Source of the DNA: Mytilus trossulus
Lineage: Eukaryota
Length of the DNA stretch: 64,000 nt
Direction: 5' to 3'
Assembly (NCBI RefSeq): GCF_036588685.1
Contig: NW_026963317.1
Coordinates: 2,666,001-2,730,000, forward strand
A model generated the notes under the pieces. The model worked only from the letters and a program-made list of their open reading frames with translations, was not told the origin of the DNA and did no database searches. Within the stretch, counting starts at the first letter, position 1. Every line of letters starts with the position of its first letter. The position numbers and the translations under genes are program-made. This document shows positions 1 to 12,600 of the stretch, in pieces.

Positions 1-666
1 TTCGTACAGGTAGACATAAAAATAATTTTGTCGTTAAAAGTATGAACAAAACAAACATACTTGCATCACTATAAAAACAACAAACGTAACGAAGAAGCAC
101 AAAAAGGCATACATCAAATTTAATATACTCATTTTGCTTTTCTTATACCACTTAATTTATCTATATAAAGTCTACCCGGAAAGAATAGAAGGTTTTCATT
201 GCTGGTGTAAAATTGCGCGTTTGAAATTCGCACAGGTAGACATAAAAATAATTTTGTCGTTCAAAGTATGAAGTTATACATACATGCATAGTCAAGTTGA
301 TATAACAAACAACAGACTCAACAGTAAATGTAATAAAAATAAATAAATAAGATGTGGTTCAAAGTATGATGGGATACATACGTATAGTATCACGTCAAAT
401 GTATAAAATAAAAAAACAGACTTAACAGAAATTTAAAGTATATTAATGAATGAAATAATTTTATCATTCATAGTATGTAAAAATCCATAAGTAAGAGTAA
501 TTTAAGTAAATGAAATAATTTTGTCGGTCAAAGCATGATGTTTTTATATAACCACAGAGTCAATTCAAAAGAATATCTCAAAAATGTACAAGCAATATTA
601 ATAAAGACTAATAAAATAACACTATAACGCGTTATTAGGATGATAACCAACGTCAGTACGCAAAAT

Positions 667-2097
667 CTATACTTCAAGACCATCTTGTATTATTTGTGAA
701 GTTGATACGGAATATTTATCAACAAGTTCTGGGTATCTTCCGATGAACTTTTTTAGAAAAAGGACTAGACGTTCTTTGACATACCCCTGGTTCATCAACT
801 TTCTGCTCAGACACTGGTGACGTTGTACAAAGTCTGAATAGGAGCTGCAAGCTCTTGAATACCTAATAAGTTGGGAAATGTATATTCCATATGCAGGTGA
901 AGTTGGTATATTACTACTAAGGTGGGGGAAATTGATAATTTCAAAATTGAAATCGTCTCGTATGTCATAGATTCTGGTACTGAGATGACTGTGTATGTCA
1001 AATTCGAGGTATAAGTCTAAAAATGAGGCGGAGGAAGCCGTGTCTGTGGTCTCTTTAATTTCTAGTTCTGGTGGGTATATTAATGGAACCCAATCAGAAA
1101 AGTTCGGATTGTTAATGGAAAGAACATCATCAATATATCTGAAAGTGAAATTAAATAACCTGGCTTCTTTGATCTTCTTGTTTTTTACAAGTGTCTGAAA
1201 GAACTCCGATTCATATGAAAATAAGAAGAGATCGGCAAGGAGAGGCGCACAATTCGTTCCCATAGGAATGCCGACAATTTGTTGAAAAAGTCTACCTCCA
1301 AATTCAACAAATATATTGTCAATAAGAAACTCTAGCATACTGATCACTTGTTCCTCTGTGTAGCATGTTTTACCCTTTTGTTCCTTATTAACAAAATATG
1401 CCTTATGGTATCCCAACGTGATAAATTTATAGCGTATGCTACCATTTTTATGATGAAAAGCATTGTGGATTATTTCTTTTAGACGATTTTTCAATTTCAC
1501 ATGGGGATTTGTTGTATACAAGGTTGAAAAATCAAAAGTTTTAATAGATCTAATTTCAGAAAAAGATCGAGATTTAAAATTATCCAGAAGTTCTTTAGAG
1601 TTTTTAAGAATCCACATATGATTAATACCACTGCGTGAGTAAACAGTTTCACAGTATATCTGAAGTCCCTCTTTAACTGCTGACAGAATTTTAGTCAATC
1701 TTACGGACAATTCTTTAGTAGAACAAGCAGATGAGCCAGCAATGTACCGTTGTTTGTACGGAATTTTGTGAAGTTTAGGTATCCAATACAAACAAGGTAA
1801 GTCCTCCGATTTGTTGTTCAATGTAATGTTCATAGAAGCCATGAAGGACTTATGATTCGCTAAAATCTCATCCTTGTCAAATGATATGTTTTTGTATGTG
1901 GGATTACCTGAGTGCTCATTTATTCCTAATTCTTTTATAAGACATTCGTAGTAATACGATTTACATACAAAGACAATATTATTTGAAGCTTTGTCCGCAG
2001 GAACAACAACATACTTATCCTGAAGAGATGATAGACATTTTACAGCCTCTTTGTCACTAAAAATGGACTTGGGTCGATCATTCACACAGTTCTTCTT
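667..2097 (-). mobile_element. 5'-truncated Penelope-like retroelement RT, probably Naiad/Chlamys type (no C-terminal endonuclease)
   Basis: The 472-aa ORF has PLE RT motifs ADK, YWIPKLHK, TFDFSTLYT, GIPMGTNCAP and FRYIDD, then a thumb region ending at TAG 667 with no GIY-YIG. The frame ends near 2097-2100 where it abuts another repeat. 1-666 is probably its 3' UTR. Confidence 0.85.
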
Positions 2098-2213
2098 AAA
2101 TTAGCCCAGTAGTTTCAGAGGAGAAGATTTTTGTAAAAGTTAACGACGCCGGACGCCGGACGCAAAGTGATGAGAAAAGCTCACTTGGCCCTTTGGGCCA
2201 GGTGAGCTAAAAA
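2098..2213. repeat. Terminal fragment of a Helentron-like (HINE) repeat family
   Basis: (GACGCCG)n followed by the hairpin AGCTCACTTGGCCC-TTT-GGGCCAGGTGAGCT and an A-tract. The same end recurs at ~9870-9903 and ~30665-30700. Confidence 0.6.
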
Positions 2214-2276
2214 CCAGACGAGAAATTGTTCTATGGCCTCATAAGAGGGTGAAGCGAATGGAACATCATATGACAC

Positions 2277-4022
2277 TTATTTTGCTCATCTGGCCTTAAA
2301 AGTCCAAATGAGCTGTTCTCATCACTTATCGTCCGTAGTCGGTAACTCTTTACCGTGATTCTGAACTTTTTCTGGAGAACCTCTATATGGAATGAAACCA
2401 AACATTGCATGCATTATCCTTGTGATGTGCTGACCTAGTGTTGGTATTTTGAAGCTGATCTATCACCAAAGATTGCCTCCAGCAGGGACTTAGTTTAACA
2501 CCATATGGGAAATACATACAAATGTCTTCTTTTAGAGAACCATGAAACCAAACATTGCATGAATAATCCTTGAGATGTGCTGAACAAGTGTTGGTACTTT
2601 GTAGCTGATCCATCATACACAATGGTCGCCAGCGGGGACCTCGTTTAACATATGACCAATATGGACAATACACACAAATGTCTTCTTTTCGAGAACCACT
2701 AAATGAAACGGAATGGAAACGTTGCAGGCATGTTTCTTTAGAGTTGCTGACCAAGTGTTGTATCTTTGTAGGCGATCAATCATCCAAGATGGCCCCCAGT
2801 GTGGACTTAGTAATAGTTAACATAGGACCCTATTGAAAATACATACAAATATTTTATTTTATAGAGAAGCTGAATGGAATGAAACCAAAAACGGCATTGA
2901 CCTATAATGGTTTACTTTTTTAAATTGTTATTTGGATGGAGAGTTGTCTCATTGGCACTCACACCACATCTTCCTATATCTATGAATATCTTTAATGAGG
3001 TGCTGACCAAGTGCTGTTTCTTTTTAGGGAGCTACCATTTGATTTTTATGGGGGGGGGGGCAACGATTTAGGTAAAAAAAAGTCAGGACAAAATTTTTCA
3101 TCCTAGCCCCCCCATAAAAATCAAATGGTAGCTCCCTTAGCCAATAAATTATCCAAGATGGCTGCCAGCAGGGAACTTAGCTGAACAAAGGAGCAACTAA
3201 TATATTGAATATATACAAAGTCTTCTTTTGAAGAACCAATAAATGGAATGAAACAGAACAAGGCATGAATGTTCCGTATGTGGTGCTGATCAAGTGTTTT
3301 TACGTTGTAGCCAATCCATCATCCAAAATGACTTCCAATGTGGGACTTAGTTTCACAAAGGACCTTATGGGAAAACGTAAACAAATGTCTTCTTCCAAAG
3401 AACAGTCAACCTTTGAGTAGATTGAAACCAAACATGGCATAAATGTTTCTTTTGTTGTGCTGGCCAAGTGTTGTTACTTTGTAGTTCATCCATCCTCCAA
3501 GATGGCTGCCATCATTGAGATTAAAGTTTAACATAGGAACCTATGAGATACAATAAATGCTTCCTTCTAGAGGATCACTGAACGGAATGAAACCAAACAT
3601 GGCATAAATTTACCTTATGAGGTGCTAATGACGTTTTGCTACTTTGTTGCTGATTTACTGTTCAAGATGTCCACCAGGAAGATATTAGTTTAACATATAA
3701 CACTATGGGTAAATATGTAACCAATGTCTTCTTCTAAAGAACCTTTGAATGGATTGAAACCAAACATTGTATTAATGTTCCTTATGAGGTGCTTGCCCGG
3801 CACTAACCAAGTTTTGTAACTTGGTTACCGATTTGTCATCCAAGATGGCCACCAACGGCAAGCTTGTTATAAGGAATGACATAACAATGTTTTCTCATAT
3901 GAACCATTGAATGGAATGAAATCAAATATGTTTTGGAAACCATGTAAAAATAGATGTTTACATGATTCGAAAAACGCAAGTAGAACCAGGTTAGCCACAC
4001 ATGCTCTTACAAGTCTCTTGTT
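2277..4022. repeat. HINE-like element with internal diverged ~180-bp tandem repeats
   Basis: Starts with the reverse complement of the hairpin end (TTTTGCTCATCTGGCC...TGAGC). Carries ~8 degenerate units (GGAATGAAACCAAACAT...GTGCTGACCAAGTG...CCAAGATGG). Confidence 0.6.
3027..3136. mobile_element. PIF/Harbinger (Tourist)-like MITE
   Basis: TIRs GGGAGCTACCATTTGATTTTTATGGGGGG / CCCCCCATAAAAATCAAATGGTAGCTCCC, flanked by TTA on both sides. Confidence 0.8.
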
Positions 4023-5280
4023 CTGTTTTGCCTGAATCAGTTGTTTAGATTTTTAATGAACATTCACATTAAAAAAGTTTTACTGTCCATGTTGCTGTGT
4101 GTTTTTTTCTACATCGGCTAAAGGTGCAGGGGAGGGTTCAGATCTCAGTAAGAATGTTTAACCCCACCACATGTTTGTGCCTGTCCCAATTCAGGAGCCT
4201 CTGGCTTTTGTTAGTCTTGAAGGATTTTTTTTGGAAGTCTTAGATCACATTATGGTAGAAGCACATTGAAGCTATGAACAATATGCTTTAAGTTTATCCT
4301 TGTAGTTTGTTGATTTAACATTATATGTCTTGGATTTTATGGAATATTGATACCTGATGACCAACTACAGTCAATTTTGTTTGTACCTTGTTAGCTATCT
4401 AGCCTATATGTTGCTTCTTTCTGTTTTAGTTTAACATAGTTTTTCTTGTATTGGATGGTTGTTTGAGACACAAGTATCTATATTGAAGAAAATAAAGGCT
4501 GAAAATGCACTATTTACTTGTATTTCAATATGAATATGTACACTACTTCAGTTAACACATCAAATTCAATTATAAATGCTCCATGAAATTTGGAAAAGTC
4601 TCAACTGTATGACTTTCAACAATTTTGTAAGTGCAAGCAATTAAAATGCAGATTTATTTTAACTCTCATGTTAGTTAAATCATTCTTCATAATCATGGCA
4701 AATATTGAGAGTGCTTACAATGCAAATTTCCATACGATTGAATATTTTTCAGGGGGCATAACTCTTTTAAAAATAATTTATCAGCATTGATATTCATAGA
4801 TTTTGAGAGATATGCTGATATAAATCTATTATATAAGTTTCATAAAAATCTTGCAACATTTGTACATGTGACAGGGTTAATAAGAACAGACAAACAAAAA
4901 GATGGAAGGGTGCCAAGTATTTTTTAGGTCTCCTGCAGCACAACATTAGGGGACAATTACTGAATAAATCAGACAGCATATAGATATTTTATTAAAGCAA
5001 TAACAATGTATAACAATATAAAAATATATAATTAAAAAATAATTGAGAAAATCAACATATTCACATCAATTGTTTCAGAATGTAATTTTTTTCATCGTTA
5101 AATAATATCACAAATTAACATAATCAAGAAAATTAACACATTCACAATAATCATTTGATTTCATCATCTAATAATCTTAATCAGTTATCAATACAAATTT
5201 GTCCCTCTAAATAAATTATTGAATAAAAAAAGCAATCTGAACTATATTTAGTAAAATGACATCAACTTTGAGACAACAGT

Positions 5281-5578
5281 AACAAGAATGTGTCCACAGT
5301 ACACGGATGCCCCACTCACACTATCATTTTCTATGTTTACTGGACCGTGAAATTGGAATAAATTCTCTAATTTGGCATTCAAATTAGAATGATCTTATCA
5401 AAGGGAACATGTATACTAAGTTTCAAGTTGATTGGACTTCAACTTCATCAAAAACTACCTTGACCAAAAACTTTAACCTGAAGTGTAACAGACGGACGAA
5501 CGAACAGACGGACGGAGGAACGAACGCACAGACCAGAAAACATAATGCCCCTCTACTATCGTAGGTGGGGCATAAAAA
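5281..5578. mobile_element. Short Helentron-like non-autonomous element (pearl/MgE-like)
   Basis: AACAAGAATGTGTCC start, (ACGG/ACGA)n microsatellite and a terminal ATGCCCC...GGGGCAT hairpin plus A-tract. Near-identical copy at 16011-16312. Confidence 0.7.
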
Positions 5579-6606
5579 CTAAATGCTATAACCCAATTCA
5601 GATCATTCAATATATATTCTTAAAGTATTAGGGAGGATATAAATCGAGACTCTACACTCTTAAAATGTCCAAATATAGTTAAGTGTAGTAGTAACTGCTG
5701 AAGGGGTAGGGTTTTGTCAGACAATCCTGTAGATATCCTGTAAAATTTGCTATTTGTATGCTCTGTTGCAACCCCTTCCCCTACATCCATTAACAATATG
5801 TTTAAATCAACTATCGAAACTTTTACTTTTTTCAATCTAGGAGGAAAAAAATTTAAAAATAGACAGAGCTTATATACATGATGATGGCACTGAAAACCAT
5901 GATGTATATATACAAACACAAATCAAAAACTGGACTAGAAAATATTTGACTACACAACAATTTACAAGTGATAATCATAACTTGTACGTGTATTTCTCGT
6001 TTCCATTCTCTATTTTCTGGTGAAATTATTTCTCCTATAAATTGAAGCTTGATAATGCCAAAAAAATGTATAAATGTAATAAAAAAAAGCTTGCTGTGCT
6101 TAGAAATAAAAGTATGTATCAAACCTACAAAACACAAAATACTCTGAAAGTTAAAATATTCAATGTCAATGAAAAAATTAAAAAGGTCAATAAACAGGAC
6201 AATTGAAAAATGAAGAAAGGCAATATGAGGATTATATTAACAAGGATCCAAATATAAAATTTATTCTTGATTTGTGAAAGATGACTTTGGATGAAAAAGA
6301 AAAGGGGAAAAAAGATGGATAGTGGCTGAAATGTTTGAAAAATGGATTTCATTACAATAATATAAATCTTTCTGAATTATTAAAAAAGAAAATGGCCCAC
6401 ACAATGATACCCCCTGATCCTATATATAGGCTTGGCAAATTCCATGATATCTTTAGAACAAAAACTTAAACTGGTTTGATCAAACAAATTGGAGAAAGAT
6501 TAAATTTATCATATATAATACATTTCTTAATGAGGATAAAAATCACAACTAATTATCTATTAATGGAACAGTAAATGACCCACCACCATCCTAAAATAAG
6601 TAAGTA

Positions 6607-9600
6607 TTAACAAACACAAGATGAAATGTCCGTTCTGTACTCCCAACTGTTCCCCCAAAATCCAGTGCACAAAAATCCACCAGGACCTTTCAGACCATAC
6701 TCTGGACCAGTCACTACATAATCTGGCAGCAGGTTAGAAAACTATAATAAAGAAAAAATCATCACAATACATTTAATCTGACAGAATTTGTATTCACATA
6801 ATAGCAAACTGGTTGTTAAAATGAAATGAAAAAAAATAAAAAAATTTGATCTTGATACATCAACTGGAGGCTCTAAAGAGCCTGTGTCACTCACGTGCAC
6901 CTTAGTCTATGTGCTGCAGTGCATATTAAACAAAGGACACTATATAACATTAAAGACATGACAAAATTCTCTGTTTTCACGACAGTGATTTGTTTGTAGA
7001 TCTTACTTTATGGAACATTCTTGCTGTTTACAGTTATCTCTTAGTATCTATAATGAACTTGGTCCAGTTGTTTCAGAGGAAAAGATTTTTGTAAAAGATT
7101 ACAAAAATTTACAGAAATTGTGGAAAATTGACTTTAAAAGGCAACCAGATGCTCCGCAGGGCGTAGCTTTATACGACCGCAGAGGTTGAACCCTGAACGG
7201 TTGGGGCAAGTATGGACACAACATTCAAGCTGGATTCCGCTCTAAATTTGGATTGTGATTAAATAGTTGACACAGCATAGGTTTCTGACACAGAATGAAT
7301 GTATTCAAATGAACTTAAAATTTTTGTTTTCTCTTAGAGCAATTCACTATGCTGTTGAATATTAATCCTCTCAAAAAAATGTTTGAAGAAATTTTCTTTT
7401 TATTTATGAAATTTCAAATGAGAAAAATTGAACCCAATTTTTTATTCACATCCCCCTTTCCCTTATTCCAAAACTAATTTCAATTAAAATATTCTTATGG
7501 AGTTTGCAACAAATACTACTCATTTAAATACATCATAAAATATTAAGATGTAAAAAAACTGCTTGTTATCACTGAATGGTAAAGATTATTTAAATTTATC
7601 AGTTGGTAGTAAAAAGTGAATATACATTGTATATTGTATATATATAACAAAGATTTAAGTTGATTCTGGACAAAGAAAGATAACTCCAATTAAAAAAAAT
7701 TCTTGCAGATATTTCTTGCTTACTATACTGGACAAAGAAAGATAACTCTTAATTAAAAAAAAAATTGCTATTTCACAATATTGTGAAATTAAATATTTCT
7801 TGCCATTGCACAATACTGTGCAATTGAAAAGACTTGCTATTGCACAATACTTAATATAATAATTTTAGATCCTGATTTGGACCAACTTGAAAACTGGGCC
7901 CATAATCAAAAATCTAAGTACATGTTTAGATTCAGCATATCAAAGAGGCCCAAGAATTTAATTTTTGTTAAAATCAAACTTAGTTTAATTTTGGACCCTT
8001 TGCACTTTAATTTAGACCAATTTTAAAACTGGGCCAAAGATTAAGAATCTACATACACAGTTAGATTTGGCATATCAAAGAACCCCAATTATTCAATTTT
8101 TGATGAAATCAAACAATGTTTAATTTTGGACCTCGATTTGGGCCAACTTGAAAACTGGGCCAATAATCAAAAATCTAAGTACATTTTTAGATTCAGCATA
8201 TCAAAGAACCACAAGGTTTCAATTTTTGTTAAAATCAAACTAAGTTTAATTTTGGACCCTTTGGACCTTAATGTAGACCAATTTGAAAACGGGACCAAAA
8301 ATTAAGAATCTACATACACAGTTAGATTCGGCATATTAAAGAACCCCAATTATTCAATTTTGATGAAATCAAACAAAGTTTAATTTTGGACCCTTTGGGC
8401 CCCTTTTTCCTTAACTGTTGGGACCAAAACTCCCAAAATCAATACCAACCTTCCTTTTATAGTCATAAACCTTATGTTTAAATTTCATAGATTTCTATTT
8501 ACTTATACTAACGCTATGGTGCGAAAACCAAGAAAAATGCTTATTTGGGTCCCTTTTTGGCCCCTAATTCCTAAACTGTTGGGACCGAAACTCCCAAAAT
8601 CAATACCAACCTTCCTTTTGTAGTCATAAACATTGTGTTTAAATTTCATTGATTTCTATTCACTTTAACTAAAGTTATTGTGCGAAAACCAAGAATAATG
8701 CTTATTTGGGCCCTTTTTTGGCCCCTAATTCCTAAACTGTTGAAACCAAAACTCCCAAAATCAATCCTAACCTTTCTTTTGTGGTCATAAACCTTGTGTC
8801 AAAATTTCATAGATTTCTATTAACTTAAACTAAAGTTATAGTGCGAAAACCAAGAAAATGCTTATTTGGGCCCTTTTTGGCCCTTAATTCCTAAAATGTT
8901 GGGACCAAAACTCCCAAAATCAATACCAGCCTTCCTTTTATGGTCATAAACCTTGTGTTAAAATTTCATAGATTTCTATTCACTTTTACTAAAGTTAGAG
9001 TGCGAAAACTAAAAGTATTCGGACGACGACGACGACGACGACGACGACGCCAATGTGATAGCAATATACGACGAAAATTTTTTCAAAATTTGCGGTCGTA
9101 TAATAATTCCTGAAGGGGTCAACTGACCATTTTGATCATGTGACTTATTAGTAGAGCTTACTTTGATGAACATTTTAGCTGTTTACAATTTATCTCTATC
9201 TATTAAAATAGTCAAGAAAATAACCCAAAACTGTAAATTTCCTTGAATAACCAATTCAGGGGCAGTGACCCAGGGATCGAATTTAAGCTTTTTTGTGTAC
9301 TGGCCAGCCGGACCAGTGGCCTAAAAATCTACTTGTCCGGCTCCAAATCTACTGGTCCTGCAAAAAATGACATTCCTGTAGATTTTTTGTGCATTCTGAT
9401 TGTTCATGAGTAAGTACAGAATCTAACTTAAAATTTGAAGATCCCATTACAAAAATACATTTCTTTTATAGGTCTGTCACTGCAAATTTTTCATATACAA
9501 TTCATGACATTGTGATGCAGTATATAATTTAACCATTCAAGATCTGTTTCCCAGGATTTTTAATATTAGTGTTTCCTATGTGTCAATTTTATAAACTTTA

Positions 9601-12600
9601 TTCTGATCTTCCTTTTGAATGTCCCTTGTTTTATTTTTTTTGTTTCAAAGATATAAGCTGAACTGCATTTAACTCCACATGTTCTATATTTAGCCATGGC
9701 GGCAATCTTGGTTGATGGGCAGGGTAATAAGATACATTTTGTAAAGCAAGATACCCCAAGGATGATTTAGGCCAAGTTTGGTTTAATATGGCTGAGTAGT
9801 TTCAGAGGAGAAGATTTTTGGAAAAGTTCATGGACGACAATGACTACAGACACCAAGTGACGACAAAAGCTCACTTGGCCCTTCTGGGGCAGGTGTGCTA
9901 AAAAGTACTTTTTTTCGTGCTTTTACCCTCCTTTTGCATTTGCAACAGTGAATTCAGCAAGAAACCTTCTTTTTATAAGGTTGATTAAGGCATAGATAAA
10001 GTTTGGTGTTGTTTCTTTTTGCAAAATATTCTACAACTGGAAACAAAGCCAGTATTTTATGTAACTAGTACTACACCAAGTAAAATAATGATTAAGTCAT
10101 TATGCATTGTTTATCTCCCAAGGCTGTAAAATTCTCTAATTGCTCCTAAGCATGATACTCATACATGACCTAAAAATTGGCAAGACAAAGTATTTTTATT
10201 TATAGGAATACTTACAGGTGACCTTGTCATTGGTGGTATAGTGGGAGTGGCCAGTGATATGTCATCATATAGTCCTTCATAAGAGTTTGACATCAATATC
10301 AATACAATATAATGATACTTACAGGTGACCTTGTCATAGGTGGTATAGTGGGCGTGGCCAGTGATATGACATCATATAGTCCTTCATAAGAGTTTGACAT
10401 CAATATCAATACAATATAATGATACTTACAGGTGACCTTGTCATAGGTGGTATAGTGGGCGTGGCCAGTGATATGACATCATATAGTCCTTCATAAGAGT
10501 TTGACATCAATATCAATACAATATAATGATACTTACAGGTGACCTTGTCATAGGTGGTATAGTGGGCGTGGCCAGTGATATGTCATCATATAGTCCTTCA
10601 TAAGAGTTTGACATCAAAATCAATACAATATAATGATACTTACAGGTGACCTTGTCATAGGTGGTATAGTGGGCGTGGCCAGTGATATGACATCATATAG
10701 TCCTTCATAAGAGTTTGACATCAATATCAATACAATATAATGATACTTACAGGTGACCTTGTCATAGGTGGTATAGTGGGCGTGGCCAGTGATATGTCAT
10801 CATATAGTCCTTCATAAGAGTTTGACATCAATATCAATACAATATAATGATACTTACAGGTGACCTTGTCATAGGTGATATAGTGGGAGTGGCCAGTGAT
10901 ATGACATCATATAGTCCTTCATAAGAGTTTGACATCAATATCAATACAATATAATGATACTTACAGGTGACCTTGTCATAGGTGGTATAGTGGGCGTGGC
11001 CAGTGATATGACATCATATAGTCCTTCATAAGAGTTTGACATCAACATCAATACAATATAATGATACTTACAGGTGACCTTGTCATTGGTGGTATAGTGG
11101 GCGTGGCCAGTGATATGTCATCACATAGTCCTTCATAAGAGTTTGACATCAATATCAATACAATATAATGATACTTACAGGTGACCTTGTCATAGGTGAT
11201 ATAGTGGGAGTGGCCAGTGATATGACATCATATAGTCCTTCATAAGAGTTTGACATCAATATCAATACAATATAATGATACTTACAGGTGACCTTGTCAT
11301 AGGTGGTATAGTGGGCGTGGCCAGTGATATGTCATCATATAGTCCTTCATAATAGTTTGACATCAATATCAATACAATATAATGATACTTACAGGTGACC
11401 TTGTCATAGGTGGTATAGTGGGCGTGGCCAGTGATATGACATCATATAGTCCTTCATAAGAGTTTGACATCAATATCAATACAATATAATGATACTTACA
11501 GGTGACCTTGTCATAGGTGATATAGTGGGCGTGGCCAGTGATATGACATCACATAGTCCTTCATAAGAGTTTGACATCAATATCAATACAATATTATGAT
11601 ACTTACAGGTGACCTTGTCATAGGTGGTATAGTGGGCGTGGCCAGTGATATGTCATCATATAGTCCTTCATAAGAGTTTGACATCAATATCAATACAGTA
11701 TAATGATACTTACAGGTGACCTTGTCATAGGTGGTATAATGGGCGTGGCCAGTGATATGTCATCATATAGTCCTTCATAAGAGTTTGACATCAATATCAA
11801 TACAATATAATGATACTTACAGGTGACCTTGTCATAGGTGGTATAATGGGCGTGGCCAGTGATATGTCATCATATAGTCCTTCATAAGAGTTTGACATCA
11901 ATATCAATACAATATAATGATACTTACAGGTGACCTTGTCATAGGTGGTATAGTGGGAGTGGCCAGTGATATGACATCATATAGTCCTTCATAAGAGTTT
12001 GACATCAATATCAATACAATATAATGATACTTACAGGTGACCTTGTCATAGGTGGTATAGTGGGCGTTGCCAGTGATATGACATCATACAATCCTTCATA
12101 AGAGTTTGACATCAATATCAATGCTAGATTGTCTTTACTGTTCGGTGCTAATGTAAGAAGGCCTGATCGAGGATGACTGAATTTACATTTTGATAATGAA
12201 AATGAAGAATCTGCAAAAAACAAAAAGAAATATATTATAAGAAAAAACAATTGTCTAGTGATATTTCAAGCTCTGTTAACTGGACAATATATGCATTTTT
12301 TTCTTACTATACACTTCAGCTTATCAGGAATATTTAAAAAAAAAATAAATATAGACATTAAAAAGGATCAAAAACATTATTGCTCTACTTTTATGCAGGT
12401 GTTTACATAATTTTTTTAAAGGGAGAAATCTTAATTAATATGATCCAAACAAGGACTATAAGATAGAGCTCCTCCTAAGTTTCTAGTCCTTTAATTTTAA
12501 ACTCTTAGCTTTGAGCATTCCTGATTAAGGTTAACCTATACATGACGCTCTTTAAAGCATGTATTAGTCCCAAAGAATTTGTTTGTAAATCTTGCATAAA

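Noticed and set aside
1-666. SECIS element for the Naiad-like RT
   Set aside because: No ATGA..AA..GA stem could be supported by eye, and the fragment has no in-frame TGA.
10208-12034. Dscam-like cassette of mutually exclusive exons
   Set aside because: The units lack a polypyrimidine tract and acceptor, and the 107-bp period breaks the frame.
10208-12122. CRISPR-like array
   Set aside because: Whole 107-bp units repeat with no unique spacers, there are no cas genes, and the context is eukaryotic.
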